Assembly: GCF_030144855.1 (NCBI RefSeq)
Contig: NC_082721.1
Coordinates: 43,958,001 to 44,022,000, forward strand
Direction: 5' to 3'
Source: Hypanus sabinus
Taxonomy: Eukaryota
DNA: 64,000 bases
In this document: piece by piece, positions 1-10,494 of the stretch
Layout: the number at the start of each line of letters is the position of its first letter
How positions within the stretch are numbered: the stretch's first letter is position 1
The notes under the pieces: model-generated
What the model was told of the DNA's origin: nothing
Database searches by the model: none
Seen by the model: only the letters and a program-made list of their open reading frames with translations
Position numbers and translations under genes: made by a program

Positions 1-69
1 GGCGAAAGTTCCATGTGTCAGTGCTCATGAAGGGTTTGAAGTTACCATAACTCTACAGTAGGCTCTTCA

Positions 70-1612
70 GAAACAGACAGGTCTGAAGTTAGATATATGT
101 CATGCAGACCAGATGGTGTACACTCAAGAGATCTGAAAGAGGAGGCATTAGTAATAATCTTTCAAGAATATTTAGATTCTGGAATGGTTCTGGCAGATCA
201 GAATATTGCTAATGTCACTCTGCTCTTCAAGAAGTGAAGAGAGGCAGAAGAAGAGAAATTATAGGCCAGTTAGTCTCACCTCAGAGGCTGGGAAGATGTT
301 GGAGTCAATTAATAAGGAAGTGGTTTTGGGGTACTGGGAGGCACATGATAAAACAGTTTGTAGCAAGAATTGTTTCATTAAGGGAAAATCTTGCCTGACA
401 AATCCGTTGGAATTCTTTGAAGAAATAACAAGTAGGATAGAGAACGGTAAATCAGATGATGCTGTGTGCTTGGATTTTCAGAAGGACTTAAACAAGGTGC
501 CTCACATGAGGCTCTTAACAAGCTATGAGGTCATTGTATTCCAAGAAAGATGGTAACATGGATAAACCAGTGGCTGGTTAGCAAGAGGCAAAGAGTGGCA
601 TTAAAGGGAACCTTTTCTGGCTGGCTACTGGGATTACTGGTGTTCCACAGGGGGCTCTGCTGGGACTGATTCTTTTTACGATACATGTCAATGATTTGGA
701 TGATGGAATTGATGGTGTTGTTGTAAAGTTTGCATACAGTATGAAAACAGATGGAGTGGCATGTAGATTTAAGCAAGTACAGAATCTTGAGAAGGACTTA
801 GACTAATTCAGAGAAAGGGTAAAGAAATAGCAGTTCAAATAAAATGTTGGGAACTGTATGGTTCTGTACTTTGGTAGAAGACATGAAACATTGGACTATT
901 TTCAAAATGGAGAGAAAATACAAAGAAATTGAGGTGCCAAAGGACTTGGGAGACGTGCAAGATTCCCTGAAGGTTAATTTGCAAGTTGCACCTTTGGTGA
1001 GGAAGGCAAATTAATGTTAGTATTCATTTCAAGAGGACTACAATCTAACAGGAGAGAGATAAATTTGATACTTTATAAAGCACTGGTGAGTCCTCATTTA
1101 GCATACTGCTGGCAGTTTGGCACCACTAATCTTAGAAAGGATGTGTTCAAAGCGGAGAAGGTTCAAAGGAAGTTCACAAAAATAATATCAGCTCATATAT
1201 AGAGCATTGGATGGCTCTGCGCCTGCATTCACTGGAATTAATAAGAATGAGGGGTGACCTTACTGAAATCTATTGAATGGTGCAAGGCCTTGATAGTGTA
1301 TGTGAGAGTCAAAGACCAGAGGACACACCCTCAGAATAGAAAAGTGTCCTTTTGGCATGAAGATGAGAAGGAATTCCTTTAGCCAGAGTGGTGAATCTGT
1401 GGAATTCTTTGCTACAGGCAGCTGTGGAGGACAAGTCATTATGTATATTTAAGGCATAAGTTGGTTGAATTTTAACTAGTGAGGGCATGAAGGATACTGA
1501 GGGAAGACAGAAGATTGGTCTGAGAGCAAAATTGGATCAGCCACGATGAAATGGTGGAGTGGATTTGATGGGTTAAATGGTCTCATTTTGCTTCGATATC
1601 TTCTGTTCTTAT
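70..1612 (+). mobile_element. CR1 LINE, 5'-truncated (RT domain to 3' end), decayed
   Basis: ORF 206-556 has NYRPVSLTS and LDFQKDLNKVPHMRL, typical of CR1 RT. Ends in a CR1-type 3' UTR and a ttctgttcttatg tail. Confidence 0.85.
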
Positions 1613-1901
1613 GAACTTCTGGAATTGAAGGAAAGTGTAGAAAGCATGATATCAATCGTGGTGATCCCAGGCTTATGTCCTTTGCTTTATTCTTTGGGTT
1701 CCAAACATGCAAGATAGAGGAGCTAAATACTTGCATGAATAAATAGAACAGGAGAGAGACTGTAGACATATGGATGATTGAGTGCACATCACGGGGTGGT
1801 ACAATCAGCCCAGGCCAGATAGAAGAACCAGGGCTAGGCCCAGTGTCCTCATGGGAAGTTTCCAGTGGAAGGAAAGAAAGAGAACACAGTGTAAGGGAGT
1901 G

Positions 1902-2105
1902 TGTGGTAAAGTACGTATACCTATCTGGACACACCCCTCTGCTGACTGCTCCTGTGGCTCCTCCCACAGACCCCTGTATAAAGGCGATTGGAGACACTGC
2001 TCCAGGATGTTGTGTCGTGATCTCTTGCTGCTAATCGTGGTCTATTGCTGCTAATAAAAGCCTATCTTTCGCCTCCTGTCTCCGAGAGTTATTGATGGTG
2101 CATCA
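1902..2105 (+). mobile_element. Solo LTR (Gypsy-type)
   Basis: Starts TGTGG and ends GCATCA, with a TATA-like tataaa and an aataaa inside. Flanked by gagtg/gaatg (5-bp TSD, 1 mismatch). Confidence 0.72.
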
Positions 2106-2547
2106 GAATGAAAACAAAACCAGTGTACGGGAGGATAAAAGTTGCACAAAAAAAAGAATCAGGAGAGCAGAAATAATATTTTTTGCAAAAGGCAGATTGT
2201 GGGCAAGTACAAGAAGCTCCACAATACATGAATAGTGTACCTAAATTTCAGAATCTTATCCAACAAATTTGTCAAACTCTAAGGGGTTATATGGTTCCAG
2301 ACATTTCAACTTATCTTTTTAAGGGTCTGAGGTGAGAACCGTATTCTCAAAAGACCAAAACTTTGTTTGAGCAACACTCATACAAAATGCAGGAGGCACT
2401 TGACAGGTTATAGGGTTTGAAGGCTTGTTTCTTACTTTCAGGCTTTGGGCGGGGGACTATTAGATTAGTGTTTTCTCAACTGGGCGGTTCTAACTTTCTC
2501 TCAATTTTGACATCACTCCTGGTCAAATCAGTGCTTTTTTTGGATTA

Positions 2548-2731
2548 ACACGTACAAACAAGCTAGATGAACTCAGCAGGTTGGGCAGCAGCCGTTGAAA
2601 TGAGCAGCCATCGTCAACCCAAAACGTTGACTGCTCATTTCAATGGATGCTGCCTGACCTACTGAGTTCATCCAGCTTGTTTGTACTGTTGATTTGACCA
2701 CAGCATCTGCAGCATACTTTGTGTTTACTTT
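2548..2731. repeat. Penelope-derived foldback (inverted repeat) insertion
   Basis: Arms 2552-2607 and 2631-2686 are reverse complements with about 6 mismatches in 56 nt. Flanked by duplicated ttttttggatta. Confidence 0.75.
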
Positions 2732-2902
2732 TTTTTTGGATTAGTGTGTGCTTGTGCAATAGTTTTTTATAAAACTTTAAATTAAATCTTAAACATGGAT
2801 GCTAATAAAATTAATATAATCTCTTGGAATCTGAATGGCATAAATCACCCTATTAAGCATAAAAAGATATTTAAGAAATTAGAAACACTTAATGCGGATA
2901 TT

Positions 2903-3482
2903 AATCCGGCCTCCCTACCAGCGCGCACCATTTTGTGAGCCATTTCAAGTGCGCTGGAAAGTGGGTCGCCACACTGGAATCAATTCTTGAGTATTTACGA
3001 TGAACGTGTGAAAAAAAATCTTTGTCATTAGGGTGTTTATATCTCCAGATATCGACCAGGCCATATTATAATAGAAAAGAGTTAATACAGGTCGCCGCTT
3101 TATTCGGAAGCGACAGATTGGATGATGACCTGTCAATCGCTGGGTTTAGACAACAGTTAAAATCACCGCCCATGATCAATTTATGCTCATTCAGATTCGG
3201 TAGCTCAGAAAAAAGCTTCTTCAAAAGTTCAGGACTATGTGAATTAGGTGCGTATACACACACCGAAGCTACCTTTTGACCGCATATTAAACCAGTGACA
3301 ATTAAATATCTTTCTATCGAATCAGTAATAGTATCAAAATGTACAAAATGGATTTTAGAGTTAACAAAAATAGATACCACTCTAACTTTATTTGTTGATA
3401 AAGAATGATATAAAGGATCCTTCCAGAGTTTGAAAAAGCAATCATCATCCTGTCTGCATACATGAGTTTCTTGTACAAATAT
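2903..3482 (-). other. Inverted segment of the L1 endonuclease region carrying ~68 nt of the Gypsy LTR start
   Basis: Minus ORF 3066-3380 (VYAPN, MGGDFNCCL). The plus-strand frame ...GCG GAT ATT (ends 2902) continues exactly as ATA TTT GTA CAA from 3482 on the minus strand. Confidence 0.85.
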
Positions 3483-3490
3483 CTGGATTA

Positions 3491-3755
3491 CCAGTGAATC
3501 TGCAGATCCTGGAAATAAATAAAAAACACAAAACGCTGGTAGAACTCAGCAGGCCAGACAGCATCTATGAGAGGAGGCAGTGACAACGTTTCGGGCCGAA
3601 ACCCTTCATCGGGAGTGAATTAGCATGGGATGGTCGAGGGGGGACAAGAAGTAGGGGGAGGGATGAAGTAGAGGGCTGGGAAGTGATAGGCTGGAGGGAA
3701 ATAGGCTAGTGGAACTTCCCAGCTCTCCATCCCTCCCCCCACTTATTATCCTCCC
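3491..3755 (-). mobile_element. Penelope-like element 3' fragment with hammerhead-like core
   Basis: Same repeat family as 44160-44310. Minus strand reads CCGATGA-AGGG-TTTCGG-CCC-GAAACGTTGTC at 3582-3612. Confidence 0.72.
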
Positions 3756-3902
3756 TCGCTTCCAAATATAGCAGAGACCTGTACTAACTCTTTTCTATTA
3801 GAATATGGCCTGGTCGATAGCTGGAAATATAAACACCCTAATGACAAAGATTTTTCTTTTTTTTTCACAAGTGCATCATAAATACTCCAAAATTGATTAC
3901 AG

Positions 3903-4170
3903 TGTAGCGACCCACTTTCCAGCGCACTCGAACCAGCTCACAAAATGGTGCACGCCGGCAGGGAGGCCGGCCCCAAAAAGGGCGCCAGGCCTTCTTCACC
4001 AGCAAGGGTAAGGGACTGTGAATATGTGCCCCCTACAGCATTCCCACCGGGGAGGGTGGAAACTGGAAGGCTTAAAAGCGAGGCCGCCAAGTTTGAATAA
4101 AACTTTAACACAACTGCAACTCACCGAGTGCGTGTCATTATTCCAGCGCTGTGTGTAGCACACTGCTACA
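3903..4170 (+). repeat. 5' LTR of Gypsy element
   Basis: tgtagcgaccc...ctgctaca, homologous to 6685-6938. Confidence 0.9.
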
Positions 4171-4172
4171 AT

Positions 4173-4186
4173 TAATGACCCCGACG
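4173..4186 (+). promoter_or_regulatory. Degenerate primer-binding site (tRNA-Trp type)
   Basis: taatgaccccgacg directly after the 5' LTR resembles TGGTGACCCCGACG, the complement of the tRNA-Trp 3' end. Confidence 0.65.
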
Positions 4187-4189
4187 GCC

Positions 4190-6045
4190 CAAATGATATT
4201 TGGACCGAAGATTAACGATGTTGTATCTGTTCATGCAATTTCGTTAAAACTCCCAAGCTTCTGGATGCTTCCACCTCACCTATGGTTCCAACAAGCAGAA
4301 GCCCAATTCCACATTCGGCAGATAACCTCAGATTCCACAAGTTACTAATATGTGGTGAGCTCCCTTGACCGGGAGACGGCCGCCCGGGCTGAGGAATTCA
4401 TAAAGTCACCCCCAGAGGCCAGCAAATACACAGCATTCAAAGCCCTGCTCATAAGGACTTTTGGACTCTCATGGAGCGAGCGAGCTGCCTGCTTACTGCA
4501 CCTGGATGGTTTGGGAGACAGGCCGTCTTCAGCACTGATGAACGAGATGCTGGCCCTGACTGAAGGACACAAGCCCTGCCTCATGTTTGAGCAGGCGTTC
4601 CTAGAGCAGCTGCCCGAGGACATACGTCTGCTGCTGTCCGACGCGGATTTCAGCGACCCCTGGAAGGTGGCGGCTGGGCAGATGTGCTGTGGAAAGCCAA
4701 GGAGAGTGGGGCATCAGTTGCACAGATCACAAAGCCACGTGCCCAACAGCAGACCAGACCAGGCCCGGCAGCAGAGCCCACAAAACTCAGAGGCAGGAGT
4801 GTGAAGGCCAACGTACAATGATGCTTCTACCACCAGCTGTAGGGCACAGAAACCTGTCCTGCATTTCCCGGGAAACGCCAGGTCCAGCCGCTGCTGATGG
4901 CTACAGCGGCTGGCCATAAGGATAGCCTCCTGTATGTCTGGGACAAGCAGTCGGAATGCCACTTTTTGGTCGACACCGGGGCCAAGATCAGCGTCTTACC
5001 TCCGACGAGTTACAACACCTGCAACAGAGATTTGGGACCCACTCTGCGGGTCGCAAATGGCAGCACAATATGGACCTAAGGTGCCCGTACGGTGCGGCAC
5101 CAGATCGGCTCCAGCTGGTTCATGTGGGACTTCACACTGGCTGCCTTGGCCCAACCACTCCTGTGAGCGGATTTTTTGCGAGCTCTCAGCCTACTGGTCG
5201 ACCTGCAAGGGAAGAGCCTAGTCCACGCCAAGATTTTTTCAAACGTTCTCCCTGGGTGAAACCAAGTTGCCCTCCCACACCTGGACTCCATCATGCTGTC
5301 ATACTACAAATTCACCAGAGTCCCGGCAGATTTCGCATCAGTTCTGACACCGCATTTCACGGCAGCCATGCCCAGACACGGGGTACAGCACCACATCCCG
5401 ACCCAGGGACCACCCCTCCACTTCCGTGCTCGAATGCATCCCCCGGACAAGCTCCGACTGGCGAAGGAGAAGCTCATGAGGATGGAAGAATTGGGGATCA
5501 TACGGCGGTACGACAGCCCATGGGCCTCCCCCCTGCACATGGTGCCCAAAGCGACAGGGGGCTAGAGACCATGCGGCGACTACCGCAGACTGAACTAGGC
5601 TACAACACTGGACAGCTACCCTGTGCCGCACATTCAGGACTTTGCAGCAAACCTGTACGGTGCAAGGATCTTTTCCAAAGTAGACCTCGTCCGGGGATGC
5701 CATCAAATCCCGATGCATCCGGACGACATCCCCAAAACAGCACTCATCACTCCGTTCGGCCTTTTCGAATTCTTCCGAATGTCGTTCTGCTGCACATACG
5801 TTCCAGCGGCTCATGGACGCGGTAGGACGCGACCTGGGCTTCGCATTCATCTATTTGGACGACATCCTCATAGCCAGCAGTAAGATGTCAGCAGCACCTG
5901 TCCCACCTCCTCCAAATCTACGCCCGACTGAGTGAATACGGCCTAACAATCTACCCGGCCAAATGCCAGTTCGGACTCGATACAATCGACTTCCTGGGCC
6001 ACAGGATTACTAAAGACGGGGCAACCCCTCTGCCTGCTAAGGTAC
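4190..6045 (+). pseudogene. Gypsy gag-protease-RT, broken by stops and frameshifts
   Basis: ORF pieces 4151-4348, 4352-4804, 4897-5079, 5293-5565 and 5623-5883 carry gag, PR and RT motifs in the expected order. Confidence 0.85.
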
Positions 6046-6669
6046 ACTCAGGTCGCCACATAAACAGCCCCCACCCCCCAGAACTGGCGATACACCCCCC
6101 AATGTCCACACCTGAAGTCGGCTCTCATGGTCCGCCTGAAAGGGCCTAACTGGGTGTTTGAACTTCCCTGGGTCCTGCTCAGAATCCGCACGGCTCCTAA
6201 AGAGGATCTGCAGAACTCGTTGGCAGAGTTGGTGTACGGCGCACCCCTGGCCGTCCCAGGAGTGTTCATACCGTTCCCAGGGGCAGGAGGAAGAACCCGC
6301 AGCAGTCCTGGACAGACTACATGAGAGACTCGGTAACTTGGCCCCCATACCCACTTCACAGCATGGACAGAGCCCCTCCTGCGTATCCGAAGAACTGCAA
6401 AACTCTAAGTTTGTTTTTGAACGCTGGGGCGAACATCGGGCACCGCTACAGCGGCTCTACGAGGGGCCGTTTAACGTGATCAGGAACAATGGGTCCACGT
6501 TCGTACTGGACATTGGGGGGAAAGAGTTGGTTTTCACGTAGACCGACTCAAACCAACCCATATGGACTTGGCGCCGCTGGTCGAGATTCAGGCACCGCGG
6601 CGCAGAGGCAGACCTCCCAAACAGAGACCGATTCAGACTGTGGACATTGGGGGGTGTGTTGCCGGTTCT

Positions 6670-6681
6670 GGAAGGGGGGGG
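6670..6681 (+). promoter_or_regulatory. Polypurine tract
   Basis: ggaagggggggg three bases before the 3' LTR. Confidence 0.8.
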
Positions 6682-6684
6682 TTA

Positions 6685-6938
6685 TGTGGCGACCCACTTT
6701 CCAGCGCACCCGAACCGGCTCACAAAACGGTGCACGAAAAGGGCGTCAGGCCTTCTTCACCAGCAAGGGGAAAAGCCCACGCGCGGGACGGGACTGTGAA
6801 TACAGTATTCCCGCCCGGGGAGGGCGAAAACAGGAAAGCTTAAAAGCGATGCCGCAAAGTTTGAATAAAGCTTTAACGCAGCTGCAACTCACCGACTGCG
6901 AGTCGTTATTCTAGCGCTGTGTGTAGCACGCCTCTACA
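6685..6938 (+). repeat. 3' LTR of Gypsy element
   Basis: tgtggcgaccc...cctctaca followed by TSD acag. Confidence 0.9.
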
Positions 6939-9900
6939 ACAGTACTTTTTTTCTAGATACACGGCTGTTATGCTTCGTTGTTATGTGTGTATGACGTCAT
7001 TGCGCTGTCGGATCACGCGTCTATGAAATTGACTCTGAAGCTCTGACTTTTTTTGAAAATGTCACAGTGAAGATTGAATCCCATATTGTTACAGGATCCA
7101 GCCTTTGTTAGTTTTATGAAGGAGCAAGTTTCTATATTTTTTGAACTTAATACAACTGAAGGAATGTCAAATTTGGTTATATGGGATATGATGAAATCTT
7201 TTCTTTGGGGACAGTTAACTTCATATTTAGCAGCTTTAAAAAGGAAAACCAAAGTGGAACTTTTAGTGATTACTAATAGAATTAGAGAAATAGATAAAGT
7301 GTATTCAGTAAGACCTACTGAAGATCTATATGAGGAAAGGGTTGAACTTCAAACACAATATAATCTGCTTTTGACCTTTCCGATCGAGTAGCAAATTTTT
7401 AAATCTAAAAGTCTATTTTATATAAATGGTGATAAATCAGCTAAACTGCTGGCTGGTCAGTTAAAATCAAACATGGTCAGAAGACAGATTTTGAAAATAC
7501 GCAGACCAAATAGAACTGAAACATTAGACCCTTAGGAAATTAATAAGGTATTTATGGATTTCTATTCTAATCTTTATAAATCTGAATTCTCTGATAATAT
7601 TATTATTATGAACAGATTTTTGTAAATATTAAATATAACTAAAATTTATATTCAAGGTATTAATGCACTAGATGCTTCTATTAAACAAGAGGAAATAACT
7701 AAGGCTATATCCTCTATGCAACTAGGGAAAGCTCCGGGACCAGATGGAATTTTTTAAGACCTTCAATGAAATGCTGACACCACATCTTTTTCAAACTTTC
7801 ACTGATTCTACATGCTCCAGGAGTCTTCCAAAAACCTTTTATGAGGCAATAATTTAATTGATTCCTAAAAAAGGAAAAGATCTATCTGAATGTGCCTCTA
7901 ATAGAAGTATCACCTTATTGAATGTGGAAGTTAAAATTCTCTCTAAGATTTTAGCCAATAAACTTGACAATCTATTGCCTACTGTTATCTCAAATGATTA
8001 AATTGGATTTATTAAAAAATAGGTTCACAATTTAATATTCAAAGACTGTCAAATATTATTTACTCCCCCTTGGCTAAAGAATCCAAATGTATCGTGTCTC
8101 TGGATGCAGAGAAAGCTTATGATAGGGTGGAATGGCCTTATTTGATCCAGGATTGAAAGAGAGATAATTTTGACCCCGGATTTATTTCCTGGATCAATTT
8201 ATCAAGCCCTGATGGCTGCAGTTATAACTAATAATCAAAAATCTCCTTAGTTTAGAGTATTTATTCAGAGAAACTCGTCAGGGCTGTCTTCTTCGTCCTT
8301 TATTATTTAATTTGGATTTATTATTTATTATTTAATTTGCTATTACTCTTAGGGATTCTAACTCCCGTTCAGGGTATTAAGAGAGGGGATAAGTTGTATA
8401 AGGTTTCCTTATATGCAGATGACTTATTAGTTTTCATTTCAGACCCTAGGAAATCTATTCCCACTATGCTATCCATATTTACTGAATTTCATATTTTCTC
8501 TGGATATAAACTAATTTACATAAAAGTAAACTATTTTCCATTAATAATTACTTAGATTATTATGATCAAATACAATTTAATTTTGCTAAAAATGATTTTA
8601 CCTATCTTGGTATTAAAATTAATAAATTGTATAAAGTTTTATATCAGTATAATTTTCTTCCTCTATTTGAATATACACAACAAACGTTTTCTAAATGGTT
8701 GCCTATGACAATGTCATTAATTGGTTGTATAAGTGCCATAAAATTGGTAATTTTACTGAAATCTTTATATACGTTTCAAGTGGTTCCATCCTTTGTCCCG
8801 AAAACGTTTTGTGATATATTAGATTCTATGATCCTGTCATACATTTGGAATAATAAAAGTTCTAGAGTGAATAAATCTTTATTGCAAAAATGAAAAAAAA
8901 GATGGAGGACTGGCATTACTAAATTTTAGATTTTATTATTGAGCAATTACTATTCTTTATATCACCTTTTGTATTTATGGTACAGATAATCAGGACTGTC
9001 CTTCATGATTAGACCTGGAAGAGAATCGGTAAGGGGGTTTTCTTTGGCTTCTTTACTGTGAGCTCCTCTTCCTTTTATGTTCTCCAGGATATGTAGACAA
9101 AATCTTAGTCTAAACATACGTTAAGAATTTGGTTTCAGTTTCGCTGATTTTCGACTTAAATAACTCTGTTCTCTGTAGTTCTCATTTGACTTTGTTCTCA
9201 TTTTAACTTTTTGTAAACCATTATTTCTAGATAAGGCTTTTTTAACATGGAAAACTAAGGGAATAAAAACTTTTTTAGATTTGTTGTTAAAGGATTGTTT
9301 AATGTTGTTTTTGCAGCTAGTGGATAAATATGTTATATCTAATGCACAATTTTTTATATACTAACAAGTTAGGAATTCTTTACACAATTTTCTACCAATT
9401 TATCCATTTGCTCGTTTACCAAATATGATGGATACTATTTATCAGTTTAAACCATTTTAAAAAGGATAGGTAGCTGTTATATATAAACAGCTAGTGAATT
9501 CACGAATGATGCCTAATGATAAGGTGAAACATGCTTGGGAAATGGAACTTCAGGAGTCCCTTTCAGATGATCAAATGAATAAAATTTATTATTTAGTTAA
9601 CAATTCATCTATCTGCGCACGTCACTCCCTAATTCAGTTGAAGATAGTGCACAGGGCACATATGTCAAAGGATAAACTACCACATATTTTCTAATATAAA
9701 CTTCACCTGTGATAGATGCAATGCTGAGGTGACGATTATAACTGATACGTTTTCGTCCTGTATAAATTTAAATAACTTTTGGAAAGATGTTTTTAGAACA
9801 TTATCCAAAGTCATAGGTGTGGACTTACAACCTAATTCACTTACATCAATCTTTGGGATCACTCCAAAGGAAGTGGGAAATGTTCCTGCTTCCTCTCAAC

Positions 9901-10494
9901 ATGTGATAGCCTTCTCAACTTCATTGGCTAGGACAGTTATTTTGTTGCATTGGAAGGATCCCAATCCACTTACTGTATTTCACTGGCTTTCTTACATTAT
10001 GCTTGGAGAGAATTAGAAGTCGGACGTTTGATACATCTTCCAAATTTGAGCAAACCTGGTGACCTTTTATTCAATATTTTCATATGATCTTTTCTACTCT
10101 TTTCTATTTTTAGGTAATTTTTTTTCTCTCCCTCCATGAAGTTTCAGATTTGGCCTGAAGGATGTTTTCTCTTTTTTTTTTGTAATTTTATCCTCAAATG
10201 GACTGCCCAGTAACATTTTTGTTTTGTTTTTTTTTTGTTTTAGTTTAGTTTAGTGGTTTTTTTCCTTCTTAATAATAGAAAATTTCCAGTCTTTTTTTTT
10301 GTATAAATTGTAAAGAGTTGTGGTTCTCTGTTATACATACTAGCCCAATATTATATTATACATGATTTTGACAGTGTATGTTCCTTTCTTTGTATGCTTA
10401 TTGTATTATGTATTTCATATAACTTCTCCTCTCTTTTGTATCCATTCATATACATTTTTAAATCAGTAAAAAAGATTGAAAATGAAACAAGAAA

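Larger units (their letters stand above)
3903..6938 (+). mobile_element. Ty3/Gypsy LTR retrotransposon, internally deleted (RNase H and most of integrase missing)
   Basis: Two LTRs (3903-4170, 6685-6938; TG...CA) with 4-bp TSD ACAG (3899-3902, 6939-6942). Gag (LKLPSFW...WFQQAEAQF), protease FLVDTGA, RT PWASPLHMV and YLDDILIAS, integrase C-terminus WVFELPWVLLRIRTAPKEDL. Confidence 0.93.

Noticed and set aside
1476-1997. 173-aa minus-strand ORF
   Set aside because: It spans a CR1 tail, spacer and LTR in antisense, so it is a chance open frame.
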